Below are positions 8,968 through 19,521 of a DNA stretch of 64,000 nucleotides, piece after piece. The position numbers and the translations under genes are program-made. Source of the DNA: an uncultured Pseudomonadota bacterium (GTDB taxonomy: Bacteria; Pseudomonadota; Alphaproteobacteria; RF32; CAG-239); assembly GCA_947054505.1 (NCBI GenBank), contig CAMRWU010000002.1, positions 70,214 to 134,213 of the forward strand. The letters run 5' to 3'. The notes beneath the pieces were generated by a model. The model did not search any database. It was given only the letters and a program-made list of their open reading frames with translations, and was not told the origin of the DNA. The number at the start of each line of letters is the position of its first letter. Within the stretch, counting starts at the first letter, position 1.

Positions 8968-11584
8968 TAAGCTCTTACAATCAAAACTGATTAAGCTGGC
9001 TTTCTCGCTCGTGCTTTTAAGCGTAACGGTCGTTCTCTTTTTTGTGTATCCGGAATACTATCTACAATTGTTTGCCCTGACAATAGTCATAACATCCTAT
9101 TGTCTTATGTCGGCAATCAAAACCCTTGATGCCGGAGAAGAAGCTATCACCTACGGCGGTTTTGCTCAGGAATTGTTAAAACATGATTTTCGCGCCCACC
9201 GGATTGAAAATTCACTGAGAGAAAGCATCTTGCAAAACGAACCGGCTAAAGAATTGCTCAAACATAATAATGTCTTGCAATTTCTGGAACAACATCTGGC
9301 TGAAAACCTGCAAAACAAATCCGCTTTTTACCGTTTGCTCACCGCCGCTCAAAATCTGACAACCGAAAAAGCGACATTGTCACTTAAATTGCATAAAGAA
9401 AACGACAAAGTCTTTAATGACATCGAATGGTTTAATGTTTCCATCCGTCCTATTTACCTAAAACGTGCGGATATTTTTGAAAACAAATTCTCCATCAAAA
9501 AAATCCAAAGAGACACCTATCTTTTCTGGACACTGGACAACATCACCGCCGAAAAGAATATGGAACACATTTTCCTCACTGAAAAAAAATCTCTGCACGA
9601 CTTCTTAGACTACCTCCCCGTCGGCCTTTATACCATTGATAAAGATTATGTCATTGAATACGCCAACCATAATCTTGCCAACATGCTGGGGCTCCCAATA
9701 GAGGATATCACCGGTCATAAACTAAGTGATTTTCTGACGACAAACAGCCCTCTTCCCCCCAGATTGGACTATTGGCAAGGAAGCCTGCATTTTTCTCGCA
9801 AGGATGACGATCCGATTGAAAATTTTGTAATGCAGACCAGCTGTCGAGAAGAACAAAACTATAAAATGCGCGGTGTCGTGGTTTCCGGCCTCCCCGGAAC
9901 CGATGACCTGCAACACAAAATGGAAGAAGCCTACGACAAAATCAGCTGGTTGTTTAACAATGCTCCTGTCGGCATCATCTTTATCAGTCAACAAGGACGT
10001 ATTCTGGAATGCAATCCCGTTGCTTGCAAATTTTTCAACTGTGAACACGATTCTCTTTTAAACACCAGCCTCTTTGACTTTACCAAAGCCGAAGAAAATC
10101 CGACATTACTCAAAGGCTTGGAATTTATTCGTTCCCATCCGCTTGAGACATCAAATATAGACATCCACCTAAACACAACGGATAAAGACGCCGTCGCTTC
10201 ACTGTTCATCAGTTCCATGCAACGTTTTTATGCCTCGGAAACAACCACATCGACAGGCTTTGTCCTCTATCTGATTGACGCAACCAAACAAAAAACGCTG
10301 GAACTGCAATTTGCTCAAGCTCAAAAAATGCAAGCTGTAGGACAACTTGCCGGCGGTGTCGCCCATGATTTCAACAACCTTTTGACCGCCATGATTGGCT
10401 TCACCGACCTGTTATTACAACGTCATGGCGTCGGCGATCCTTCTTTTGCCGACCTCATTCAAATCAAACAAAATGCCAACCGCGCCGCCGGACTGGTTCG
10501 TCAGCTTTTGGCATTTTCACGCAAACAACCCTTGCAACCGAAACTGATTGATGTAACGGACAATTTCGCCGAACTCAGCCACATGTTAAAAAGAATTCTC
10601 GGCGAACAAATCGTTCTCAACTTCCATTACGGACGAGATTTGGGCTTCATCAAAGTTGATCCGGTTCAGTTCTCACAAGTTATCATCAATCTGGCGGTTA
10701 ATGCCAAAGATGCCATGAACGGCAGTGGTACGCTGGATATTTCCACCCGTACCGAATTTCTCAACGAAAACTACCAATTCGGCGACGACATCATCAAACC
10801 GGGAGAATTTGTGGTGATTGATGTGAAAGACAACGGTTGTGGCATCCCTCAAGAAAATATGAACCGTATTTTCGATCCGTTTTTCTCCACCAAACAAAAC
10901 GTTGTCGGTTCCGGAACCGGATTGGGACTGGCAATGGTTTACGGCATTGTCCGCCAAACAGAAGGTTTTATCAAAGTCGCCAGCGAAGTTGGCATCGGCA
11001 CCACTTTTTCTATCCACCTTCCTCGCTTTGAAACCAATACCGAAGAAGAAATTCATATCGACAATAAAGAGATCATCACCCGCAAAGACGGAACCGCCGT
11101 TCTGACCGTACAAGAAAAAATATCCGCTCCGGTAAACATCAATCAAAAAATATTGCTCGGTCTGAATGTTTCTAACGCCATTGACCGAAGCCATACTCCG
11201 ACGGCAGCCACGGCAGAAAGCACCAGAATTTTGTTTGTTGAGGATGAAGATTCCGTCCGCACATTCGGCACCAGAGCCCTAAAGAAAAAAGGCTATGATG
11301 TCATTGGTTGCAACTCGGCAGAAAACGCCCTCGAATATATTGAAAGAGATTCCGGCTTCAACCTGCTGGTAACGGATATGGTTATGCCGGGGATGAGCGG
11401 CGCCGAACTCACAAAAGTTATCAAGGAAAAACTGCCGGATATTAAAGTAATCTTAGCCTCCGGATACTCAGAAGAAATCGTCCGCCAAGAGCTGGATAAC
11501 TTTGATGATTTTGACTTTATCACCAAACCTTACAGCCTTGGTGACTTGACAGCAAAAGTTTTTGATGTCTTAAATAAAGAATAA
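8933..11584 (+). CDS. cckA: Hybrid sensor histidine kinase/response regulator with 2 TM, 2 PAS, HisKA, HATPase and C-terminal REC; CckA-like architecture
   Basis: H-box AGGVAHDFNNLLTAM. G-boxes GSGTGLGLAMV. REC with DMVMPGMSG. The domain order matches CckA. Start taken at the ATG at 8933, since 8927 is TTG. Confidence 0.6.
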   Translation: MLCNSKTNKRPDKLLQSKLIKLAFSLVLLSVTVVLFFVYPEYYLQLFALTIVITSYCLMSAIKTLDAGEEAITYGGFAQELLKHDFRAHRIENSLRESILQNEPAKELLKHNNVLQFLEQHLAENLQNKSAFYRLLTAAQNLTTEKATLSLKLHKENDKVFNDIEWFNVSIRPIYLKRADIFENKFSIKKIQRDTYLFWTLDNITAEKNMEHIFLTEKKSLHDFLDYLPVGLYTIDKDYVIEYANHNLANMLGLPIEDITGHKLSDFLTTNSPLPPRLDYWQGSLHFSRKDDDPIENFVMQTSCREEQNYKMRGVVVSGLPGTDDLQHKMEEAYDKISWLFNNAPVGIIFISQQGRILECNPVACKFFNCEHDSLLNTSLFDFTKAEENPTLLKGLEFIRSHPLETSNIDIHLNTTDKDAVASLFISSMQRFYASETTTSTGFVLYLIDATKQKTLELQFAQAQKMQAVGQLAGGVAHDFNNLLTAMIGFTDLLLQRHGVGDPSFADLIQIKQNANRAAGLVRQLLAFSRKQPLQPKLIDVTDNFAELSHMLKRILGEQIVLNFHYGRDLGFIKVDPVQFSQVIINLAVNAKDAMNGSGTLDISTRTEFLNENYQFGDDIIKPGEFVVIDVKDNGCGIPQENMNRIFDPFFSTKQNVVGSGTGLGLAMVYGIVRQTEGFIKVASEVGIGTTFSIHLPRFETNTEEEIHIDNKEIITRKDGTAVLTVQEKISAPVNINQKILLGLNVSNAIDRSHTPTAATAESTRILFVEDEDSVRTFGTRALKKKGYDVIGCNSAENALEYIERDSGFNLLVTDMVMPGMSGAELTKVIKEKLPDIKVILASGYSEEIVRQELDNFDDFDFITKPYSLGDLTAKVFDVLNKE

Positions 11585-11597
11585 CAAGGTTAAACAG

Positions 11598-12332
11598 ATG
11601 TCAAAAACAACAAACGTCAATAGTCAGCTCACGCTGGATTTTCCACACCGTCCAAGCCTCAGCAGGGAGGATTATCTGGTTGCCTCCTGCAATCGTGAAG
11701 CCGTTGCCTTAATAGACAACTGGCCCGATTGGCCTTATTTTGCAGCCTGCATCTATGGACCGGAAGGGTGTGGCAAAACTCACTTGGCAAATGTGTTTGC
11801 CAACAAAGTTTCCAACCTGACCAACTTCCCTTATAAGATCCCGTTTGTCAAAGCGCGACAAATTCAAACACAAAATTTTCGAGACTTATTTGCCCGCCAC
11901 AATTGTCTGGTTATTGAAGAACTGGATGATGCCATAGATCAGGAAGCCTTGTTCCATCTCTATAACCTATACAGGGATGAAGGCGGAAATATTCTGTTTA
12001 CTTCCTCTTTGGCTCCGGCCCGTCTCAACTTCTCACTACCGGACTTGCGTTCTCGGATGAATATCGTTCCGGCGGTTGAAATCCAAGAGCCGGATGACGA
12101 CTTGTTAGCCGCCCTTTTGGTAAAGCTGTTCAACGATCGGCAAATCATCCCCACACCGGAACTCATCAATTACATCCTTCACAACATGCAACGTTCGTTT
12201 TCCTATGCTCGCAAACTTGTTGCCGAAATTGATGCTGTTTCGCTGTCCCGCAAACGAGCGGTATCCGTTCCCATTATAAAAGAAGCCATCCAAACGCTGA
12301 ACGACACATCTCAAGGTGACTTATTCGACTAG
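11598..12332 (+). CDS. hdaA: DnaA-homologous regulatory inactivator (Hda/HdaA)
   Basis: 244 aa. Walker A GPEGCGKTHL. DnaA domain III-like AAA region without DNA-binding domain IV. Confidence 0.7.
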   Translation: MSKTTNVNSQLTLDFPHRPSLSREDYLVASCNREAVALIDNWPDWPYFAACIYGPEGCGKTHLANVFANKVSNLTNFPYKIPFVKARQIQTQNFRDLFARHNCLVIEELDDAIDQEALFHLYNLYRDEGGNILFTSSLAPARLNFSLPDLRSRMNIVPAVEIQEPDDDLLAALLVKLFNDRQIIPTPELINYILHNMQRSFSYARKLVAEIDAVSLSRKRAVSVPIIKEAIQTLNDTSQGDLFD

Positions 12333-12340
12333 GAGAAAAT

Positions 12341-12895
12341 ATGAAAAAATTAATCCTGCCAGAAACACTGAGCAACGAAACAATTACACTCAAACGCCAC
12401 AATCACCTGTATGATGAGCAACTTTTCAAATACATTGATGCCAACCGTGCCCATTTACACCCTTGGCTCTTTTGGGTTGATGGCACAAAAACCATCGAAA
12501 ACACCAGTAAAACAACAGATTTCTTTATAGAGCAATGGCAAGCGGGAAATAACTTTGCCTATGTCTTGCTCGATAATCACAATGACGTTCTGGGAACAAT
12601 TGATTTTCATGATATTAACAATGAAGACCGTTGCGGAGCCATAGGCTATTGGCTACGTAAAGACAAAACCGGACACGGCTATGTAAGCTCAGCACTTAAA
12701 CTTTTGGAAAACGAGATTTTCAAGCAAGACTTTGTTCGTATTACCATTACTTGTGACAGTCTAAACACGGCCTCCTCCGCAGTCGCCGTCCGCAACCAAT
12801 ATGATTATGAAGGTTGCAACAAAAAAGCCCTCAATGCCTATGGCGAATTACACGACAGATTACTTTACGCAAAAATAAATCCGAACCACAAATAA
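12341..12895 (+). CDS. GNAT family N-acetyltransferase (RimJ/RimL-like)
   Basis: 184 aa. Acetyl-CoA binding region RCGAIGYWLRKDKTGHGY. Confidence 0.65.
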   Translation: MKKLILPETLSNETITLKRHNHLYDEQLFKYIDANRAHLHPWLFWVDGTKTIENTSKTTDFFIEQWQAGNNFAYVLLDNHNDVLGTIDFHDINNEDRCGAIGYWLRKDKTGHGYVSSALKLLENEIFKQDFVRITITCDSLNTASSAVAVRNQYDYEGCNKKALNAYGELHDRLLYAKINPNHK

Positions 12896-12935
12896 CACAT
12901 TTTTATAAAAAACAATAGAGAAAGGACAAAAATAA

Positions 12936-12966
12936 TAAAAAAGCCTCCTCATTTGAGGAGGCTTTT
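12936..12966. terminator. Bidirectional rho-independent terminator between the convergent GNAT and ackA genes
   Basis: aaaaaaGCCTCCTCatttGAGGAGGCtttt. Confidence 0.6.
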
Positions 12967-12984
12967 GAGCAACCAAGCTAATTC

Positions 12985-14169
12985 TTATTTTGTCAGAGCT
13001 AATGTATCTCTGGCAATGGCAAGTTCTTCATTCGTCGGAATAACAAAAGCACGAACTTTTGAATCTGATTTGGTAATCTCGACAATATCACCACGTTTGG
13101 CATTGGCGTCTTCATCAACCTCAATACCAAGATAGCTCAGGCGTTCCAAAACCAACTGACGAACCAAAGGAGAGTTTTCGCCAACGCCGGCTGTAAATAC
13201 AATCGCATCAACACCGCCCAAAGCCGCAATATAACTGCCGATACATTTAACAATACTGTAAATATAAGCTTTCATTGCATTCTTCACATCTTCTTCACCA
13301 CGCAAATAAGCCGCTTCAAAATCGCGAGAGTCGCTGTATCCGGTCAAACCGACCTTACCGCTTTTCTTATTCAGCATTTCAGTGACCTCATCGGGTGTCA
13401 TCTTTTGTGTTTTCATAATGTAAAGCGGAATACTGGGATCAATATCACCGCAACGAGTATCCATCACAATCCCAGCCAACGGTGTCATACCCATCGATGT
13501 ATCAATACACTTACCGTCTTTGACCGCGGTAATTGAGGCGCCGCTACCAATATGACAAGTAATAATCTTGCTGTTGGCACCTACCAATTTTGCCGCTTCC
13601 TCAGCCACAAATTTATGCGATGTGCCATGCGCTCCGTAACGACGAATTTTGTAGCGAGCGATTTGCTCTTTCGGCAAAGCATAGGTATAAGCCTCATACG
13701 GCATAGTCTGATGAAACGCCGTATCAAACACAGCTACCTGCGGCATCTTGGGATAATCTTTCTTCACAGCACGAATAACCAAAGCGGCCGGTCCATTATG
13801 CAACGGAGCCAAAGCAGCCAACTCTTCAATCTGTTCAATTACTTTTTCATCAATCAGTGTTGACGATTTGAAAATATCGCCTCCCTGAACCACGCGATGA
13901 CCAATAGCCTGAATCTCATCAAGACTGCTGACCACTCCGTCCAACAACAGCTTCAAAACCTCACGCAAAGCCGTTTCATGATTCGGTAACTCAACCGTCA
14001 CTTCTTTTTTACGACCATCGGCATATTTGATGCTAACGGTAGACGGGCTACGATTGATACGATCGGCATTTCCTTTTGCGACAACATCATATGTGTCACC
14101 ATTAATGTCAAACAATTGATATTTTAAGGTCGAAGACCCTGAATTCAAAACCAAAATTTTCATATTCAT
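12985..14169 (-). CDS. ackA: Acetate kinase
   Basis: 394 aa. N-terminal KILVLNSGSSTLKYQL and typical acetokinase motifs. Confidence 0.9.
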   Translation of the reverse strand: MNMKILVLNSGSSTLKYQLFDINGDTYDVVAKGNADRINRSPSTVSIKYADGRKKEVTVELPNHETALREVLKLLLDGVVSSLDEIQAIGHRVVQGGDIFKSSTLIDEKVIEQIEELAALAPLHNGPAALVIRAVKKDYPKMPQVAVFDTAFHQTMPYEAYTYALPKEQIARYKIRRYGAHGTSHKFVAEEAAKLVGANSKIITCHIGSGASITAVKDGKCIDTSMGMTPLAGIVMDTRCGDIDPSIPLYIMKTQKMTPDEVTEMLNKKSGKVGLTGYSDSRDFEAAYLRGEEDVKNAMKAYIYSIVKCIGSYIAALGGVDAIVFTAGVGENSPLVRQLVLERLSYLGIEVDEDANAKRGDIVEITKSDSKVRAFVIPTNEELAIARDTLALTK

Positions 14170-14177
14170 TCCTTAAA

Positions 14178-15179
14178 TTACTTTTGAGACTGTAAAACCG
14201 TCAATGCCACCAAACCGACAATATCCTCGGTAGAACAACCGCGGGACAAATCATTAACCGGCGCATTCAACCCCTGCAACATCGGACCGTAAAGCTCGGC
14301 CCCGCCCAAACGTTGTACCAATTTATAACCGATGTTACCGGCATCAATATTTGGAAAGATCAAAGTATTCGCATGACCGGCAACATTTGACTCCGGCGCT
14401 TTTTTTGCGGCAACAATGCCGTCTAAAGCAGCATCAACCTGCAACTCGCCATCCAACAAAACATCTTTTCCGGCAAACTCAGAAACCAAAACCTCTTTCG
14501 CCAACTTGGTTGCTTCACGAACCTTGTCAACGCTCTCGCCTTTTCCGGAACCATAGGTAGAATACGACAACATGGCAATTCGCGGCGTATCTCCCAATTG
14601 CAAAACCGATTCGGCTGTCTGCATGGCAATATCAGACAACTCTTTGGCGCTCGGATTAATATTAATGGCACAGTCCGAAAAATAAAACATCTTGCCGTTG
14701 CAAACAACGATAAACACAGAAGAAACGCCCCTGTCCTTGCGAGCAGATTTAATAATCTGCAGAGCCGGACGAACCGTATCAGCCGTTGAGTGATTAGCAC
14801 CGGAAACCATACCATCGGCTTCACCGGCCTTAATCATCAATGTACCGAAATAATTGGCGTTCAAAGCTGTTTCACCAGCTTTGTCTTTTGTCATTCCTTT
14901 ATCTTTACGCAATTCGTATAATAAATCAGCGTATTGTCCGAGTTTTTCAGACTTCGCCGGATTAATCAACTGAATCCCCTCAAGCGACCATCCCTTATTT
15001 TTATAATATTCGCTGATTTCTTCACAATTACCCAACAAAACAATCTTGGCCACCTTTTCTTCAGCACAAATATGGGCGGCTTCCAAAACACGCTCGTCCT
15101 CACCTTCCGGTAATACGATTGTTTTGCCTAATTTTTTGGCTTGAACAATAATTTTATTGATATAATCGCTTTTCAACAT
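14178..15179 (-). CDS. pta: Phosphate acetyltransferase (short form)
   Basis: Pta family, with an AGGAG RBS before the ATG at 15179. It lies directly upstream of ackA in the pta-ackA order. Confidence 0.85.
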   Translation of the reverse strand: MLKSDYINKIIVQAKKLGKTIVLPEGEDERVLEAAHICAEEKVAKIVLLGNCEEISEYYKNKGWSLEGIQLINPAKSEKLGQYADLLYELRKDKGMTKDKAGETALNANYFGTLMIKAGEADGMVSGANHSTADTVRPALQIIKSARKDRGVSSVFIVVCNGKMFYFSDCAININPSAKELSDIAMQTAESVLQLGDTPRIAMLSYSTYGSGKGESVDKVREATKLAKEVLVSEFAGKDVLLDGELQVDAALDGIVAAKKAPESNVAGHANTLIFPNIDAGNIGYKLVQRLGGAELYGPMLQGLNAPVNDLSRGCSTEDIVGLVALTVLQSQK

Positions 15180-15345
15180 TGTATCTCCTAACCTCACGCA
15201 ATATATTAACCACAGTTTTCTTACTGTTTATAACAATTTTTCTAATGTTTACACTTATCGGAATCAAAAGTCAAAATATCTTTTGATTATTTGTTCAAAG
15301 TATACTATCATCGCCTCAACAAAATTTTATGTTAAGGAGCATACT

Positions 15346-15762
15346 ATGGAAAAAACCCTTTCAATTATTAAACCAGACGCGGTTGAACGTAACATTACCG
15401 GTCAAATTAACGCCATGATAGAAAGAGCCGGTCTGCGTATCGTCGCCCAAAAACGCATGCACTTAAGTCGTACTCAGGCTGAAGAATTTTACGCTGAACA
15501 CGCCGGCAAAGCATTTTTTGCCAACTTGGTTGACTTTATGACCTCTGCTCCGGTTGTGGTTCAAGTTTTAAAAGGTGAAAACGCCATTTCTCATTATCGA
15601 GAAATCATGGGGGCTACCAATCCTGCTGTTGCCGAAGAAGGAACAATCCGCAAAACCTTTGCCCTCTCCATTGATAAAAACTCAGTACACGGCTCAGATT
15701 CTCCGGAAAGCGCCGCCAGAGAAATCAATTTCTTTTTCAGTAATATTGAGATTTTTGAATAA
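15346..15762 (+). CDS. ndk: Nucleoside diphosphate kinase
   Basis: [15 protein letters not shown]... and the NxxHGSD active-site region (VHGSDS). AAGGAG RBS. Confidence 0.9.
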   Translation: MEKTLSIIKPDAVERNITGQINAMIERAGLRIVAQKRMHLSRTQAEEFYAEHAGKAFFANLVDFMTSAPVVVQVLKGENAISHYREIMGATNPAVAEEGTIRKTFALSIDKNSVHGSDSPESAAREINFFFSNIEIFE

Positions 15763-16821
15763 ATGTTAAAAAAGCTGTTGGTCATATCGGCATTTCTGTT
15801 AGGAACATACGCAATTTCCTCATCGGCACACGCGGCTGACGAGCGTTTTGCCGTTGATGTCAATGTTGACGTGACCGACAGCAATGCGTCTCTGGCTCGT
15901 GAACGAGCAATGAACGAAGCCAACCGCGCCGCCATTGTTGAAGTCGCTAAACGCATTACTACCACCGAGGGGGCAATCCGTTTAGGCTCAATGACAGACG
16001 AACAGCTGATCAACTTCATCAAAGAAGTCTCCGTTAACAGCGAAAAATCATCCAATATCCGCTACATAGCCAGTCTGCGAGTCGTCCTACATGAGAACAT
16101 GCTCCGCCAATATATGGAAGAACGGCAAATCCCCTTACTGGCCGACAATGACAGCCGCATACTGATTATCCCCATATTCCGCGAATTTGAAAATGACAAA
16201 CCCTTGTTGTGGGAGGGAGGCAACCTCTGGCGTCTGGCTTGGGAAAATTCTTCAGGCAACAACAGCGTAAAATTCATTCCTCTTGCCGCAAGCGGCACCA
16301 ACTACATGTTGATTGATGCCAACAAAGCCGCCGCCGCCGATGGAGAAGCACTCAACAAACTGATGATGGTCAATGGTACTGATGATGTCTATGTTCTCGA
16401 TGCCGTTTATGACGGAATAGAGGGGTTAATTATTCAAGCCACCTCATATAAAGGCAATCACCAAACAATCAAGGTTGCCGGCGACAGAAGTTCCGGCATC
16501 GAACTATTCAAGAATGCCGTTGCGGAAACAAAACTAAAGCTTGAGCAACAATATCAGGAACAAAACCTGCAGGAAAATAATAAAGAAAATGTTCAAACCG
16601 TTGTCTTTGACTTTCACACCTTGTCAGAATGGATAAGAACAGAACAGTTGTTGCGTAAACTCCCCGGAGTTCAAGATATTGAAACCCAAGCAATGGGCAC
16701 CAACAGAATTCAGTTTAATCTTGTTTTTAACGGTTCTCTGGATAAACTTCTTTATGCCTTACGTGAAAAATCCTATACGCTGACAGACACCGGAAGCTAC
16801 GCCGTTCTTGAAAAACTTTAG
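15763..16821 (+). CDS. Secreted/periplasmic protein of unknown function
   Basis: Signal peptide MLKKLLVISAFLLGTYAISSSAHA. ATG overlaps the ndk stop. No family recognised. Confidence 0.5.
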   Translation: MLKKLLVISAFLLGTYAISSSAHAADERFAVDVNVDVTDSNASLARERAMNEANRAAIVEVAKRITTTEGAIRLGSMTDEQLINFIKEVSVNSEKSSNIRYIASLRVVLHENMLRQYMEERQIPLLADNDSRILIIPIFREFENDKPLLWEGGNLWRLAWENSSGNNSVKFIPLAASGTNYMLIDANKAAAADGEALNKLMMVNGTDDVYVLDAVYDGIEGLIIQATSYKGNHQTIKVAGDRSSGIELFKNAVAETKLKLEQQYQEQNLQENNKENVQTVVFDFHTLSEWIRTEQLLRKLPGVQDIETQAMGTNRIQFNLVFNGSLDKLLYALREKSYTLTDTGSYAVLEKL

Positions 16822-16830
16822 GAGACACTC

Positions 16831-17895
16831 ATGGTCACGGAAAAAAAAGCAAACAACAATTGGGTTATTTGGCTATCAGTTTTTGTTTTCTTTTGCATAG
16901 CTGTCTACACGTTGCGTTCCGTCCTCCTGCCCTTTGTCGCAGGCATTGTCATCGGCTATCTGCTTGACCCTTGGGCTGACAAATTCGAAAAAATCGGCAT
17001 CAACCGCACCATCGCGACCATTCTGGTAATGTTGCTGGTCGTTATCATTCTCATACCGGCACTCATTATGCTGTTTAGCATTATTGACAACCAACTTGGA
17101 CATTTCATCAAAGCCGTCCCCAATTACTTAAATTCACTATCCGTCAAACTCGAGCCTCTTTTCGCAGAACTGCAAGACAACTTCCCAGGTTTGCAACCGG
17201 AAAAAATACGCGAATACCTCAGAAGCAATATGACCAACGGCTTAAAGATATTAGGAAACATTTTCCGTAGCCTCATCAGTGGCGGCTTTGCTTTTGTAAA
17301 CATTATGTCGCTGATTTTGATTACACCTGTCGTTGCTTTCTACATGTTGCGCGACTGGGATAAATTCATTGCCAACATGGATAACCTGTTACCCAAACAT
17401 TCTAAAAAAACAATCAAAACCCAAGCTCGTGAAATTGACAGAATATTAGCGTCGTTTATTCGCGGACAACTGTCTGTTTGCGTTCTGCTCGGCACATTCT
17501 ACGGCATCGGACTTTATCTTGTCGGCTTAGATTTAGGTGTGCTGGTCGGATTTTTAGCCGGCATCATCTCTTTTATTCCCTATGTGGGATCAATCTTCGG
17601 CTTTGTTGTCAGCGTCACCATCGCCTGCGCTCAGTTTGATACCTTGTTGCCGATTATAAAAGTTATCTCCGTCTTTGCCATCGGACAATTCATTGAAGGA
17701 AACTTCCTCACTCCCAAACTCGTCGGCGATTCGGTAGGATTACATCCCGTATGGATTATGTTTGCCTTACTCGCCGGCGGTGTCTTACTGGGTTTTTTAG
17801 GTTTAATGATAGCAGTACCCGTCGCCGCTATTATCGGCGTCTTGGTTCGTCACGCAATCATCAATTACAAAAAAAGTACATTATACAAAGGCTAG
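16831..17895 (+). CDS. AI-2E family transporter (PerM/UPF0118)
   Basis: 354 aa with 7-8 TM. N-terminal region typical of the family. Confidence 0.65.
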   Translation: MVTEKKANNNWVIWLSVFVFFCIAVYTLRSVLLPFVAGIVIGYLLDPWADKFEKIGINRTIATILVMLLVVIILIPALIMLFSIIDNQLGHFIKAVPNYLNSLSVKLEPLFAELQDNFPGLQPEKIREYLRSNMTNGLKILGNIFRSLISGGFAFVNIMSLILITPVVAFYMLRDWDKFIANMDNLLPKHSKKTIKTQAREIDRILASFIRGQLSVCVLLGTFYGIGLYLVGLDLGVLVGFLAGIISFIPYVGSIFGFVVSVTIACAQFDTLLPIIKVISVFAIGQFIEGNFLTPKLVGDSVGLHPVWIMFALLAGGVLLGFLGLMIAVPVAAIIGVLVRHAIINYKKSTLYKG

Positions 17896-18599
17896 GGTTT
17901 ACGAAATCCTTGAGCCACCAAATACGTTTCCGGAGAAGATTGTCGACTGGCATCCGGTTTAAAATGTCCGACTTTGGCAAAATGCTTTTTTGCATCAGCT
18001 AACAAACTTCCCTCGGCTCCGCCCTGAAATACCTTGGCGATAAAAATCCCGCCGGAAGCGAGAACCTCCTTAGCAAATTCGTATGCGACCTCGACCAAAC
18101 CAATTGTCCGTAAATGATCCGTTTGTTGATGTCCGGTTGTATTAGCGGCCATATCACTCATAACAATGTCCGCGTCTCCCTGTAAAAGTTCCTTTAATTT
18201 ATCGACCGCGTCTTCAGATGTAAAATCCTGACAAATCAACGTCGCACCCGCAATTGGTTCCGTCTCAAGAATATCAATCCCGACAACCTGACCGCTCCCT
18301 TTATTGCGCAGAACCGCAATTTGCGTCCAACCGCCTGGGGCACACCCAAGATCAACAATCGTCTTTCCCTTACCGAGAAATTTATATTTTTCATCCAACT
18401 GAATAAGCTTAAATGCCGCACGAGAACGATAGCCCAAACGCTTAGACTCTGCAACATACGGATCATTTAACTGTCGCTCAAGCCATTGGTTGGAAGACTT
18501 TTTACGATATTTCGACGTCTTGACCCGCACCGCCAGATTATGACGTCCCGTAATCTCTTTTGCTGATTTGGTAAGCTTAGCCATTGGTATCCTTTTCAA
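17892..18599 (-). CDS. rlmE: 23S rRNA (uridine-2'-O)-methyltransferase RlmE/FtsJ
   Basis: SAM motif DLGCAPGGWTQ, then K...D...K catalytic residues. Confidence 0.85.
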   Translation of the reverse strand: MKRIPMAKLTKSAKEITGRHNLAVRVKTSKYRKKSSNQWLERQLNDPYVAESKRLGYRSRAAFKLIQLDEKYKFLGKGKTIVDLGCAPGGWTQIAVLRNKGSGQVVGIDILETEPIAGATLICQDFTSEDAVDKLKELLQGDADIVMSDMAANTTGHQQTDHLRTIGLVEVAYEFAKEVLASGGIFIAKVFQGGAEGSLLADAKKHFAKVGHFKPDASRQSSPETYLVAQGFRKP

Positions 18600-19521
18600 T
18601 TAATTCTGCCACAATTCCGTCGACAGCACTCTTTAATGAAGCCGTAAGTTGAGGAAGTTGCAAACCATCATAAATCGTTTTAAAAATAACGCTTCCGGCA
18701 ATAAAAATATGTGAACGCGCTTCACCTATATACGGACTGAGCGCCAACTCTGCCTGTGGCGTCTGACAAATTTTATTAATCTGCTCATCCATTTGTTCTC
18801 GAGTTATCACCAAACCATCCGCCTTATCTCGGTCATATCTGGGAAACTGATTAATCATCGCCGCCAATCTCAGAGGCGTGCTTGACGTTGCCAAAAACAA
18901 GACATCCTGACGAATATCATCCAGCTTAGAAACAACAACAAAATCATCAACATATTTTTTTATTTCTTTCCGCAGACGTGTCATTCCTTCTTCATTGGGA
19001 TTTTTCAGTTCAAAAGCCTCCGAAGCATTTCTTGCGCCCCAAGGAATAGAAACTGTATGAATAATTTTAGCCTCCGGAGTATTCTCCGCTAATGTAATCT
19101 CTGTTGAGCCCCCCCCCAAATCATACAGCACCACATAACGGCTTTTACCTCTGGCATGCTCTAAAGAGCCTTTCAAATTCAGACGAGCTTCTTCATATCC
19201 GTCCACCACTTCTATCGGAATCAAAGATTCTCCATAAACCTGACGAATAAATTCCGAACCGTTCTTTGCCATACGACAACTGGCTGTCGCAATCGCCCGC
19301 AACTTAACTTTTTCATACTTATCAATAATTTTTTTAAAATTATAAAAACATTTAACGCCACGCTCTATTGCCTCGGGAGTAAAACGCATTTCCGGATACA
19401 TTCCTTCCCCCAGTTTTGTCTGAGTGCTTTCCTTGCACAAACGTTTTCCTTTTTCATCGCAAATCAACAACCGACAAGAATTCGTCCCTAAATCAATTGC
19501 CGCATAACAAGACCTATTCAT
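18577..19521 (-). CDS. Ppx/GppA family phosphatase, paralog 2 (contains the G9 tract)
   Basis: N-terminal AAIDLGTNSCRLLIC and DLGGGSTEI actin-like ATPase motifs. 314 aa. Confidence 0.7.
   Translation of the reverse strand: MNRSCYAAIDLGTNSCRLLICDEKGKRLCKESTQTKLGEGMYPEMRFTPEAIERGVKCFYNFKKIIDKYEKVKLRAIATASCRMAKNGSEFIRQVYGESLIPIEVVDGYEEARLNLKGSLEHARGKSRYVVLYDLGGGSTEITLAENTPEAKIIHTVSIPWGARNASEAFELKNPNEEGMTRLRKEIKKYVDDFVVVSKLDDIRQDVLFLATSSTPLRLAAMINQFPRYDRDKADGLVITREQMDEQINKICQTPQAELALSPYIGEARSHIFIAGSVIFKTIYDGLQLPQLTASLKSAVDGIVAELIEKDTNG
19109..19117. repeat. Homopolymeric C9 (G9 on the coding strand) tract inside the Ppx/GppA paralog 2 CDS
   Basis: Read directly: gagcccccccccaaa. It encodes the GGG of the DLGGGSTE motif. 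Confidence 0.9.

Noticed and set aside
12190-12199. 10-nt AACGTTCGTT match to the inverton repeat core inside hdaA
   Set aside because: A 10-mer is expected by chance about once in this window, and it lacks the flanking ATTT/TAAAT. It is treated as coincidence, unlike the 12-mer at 48751.
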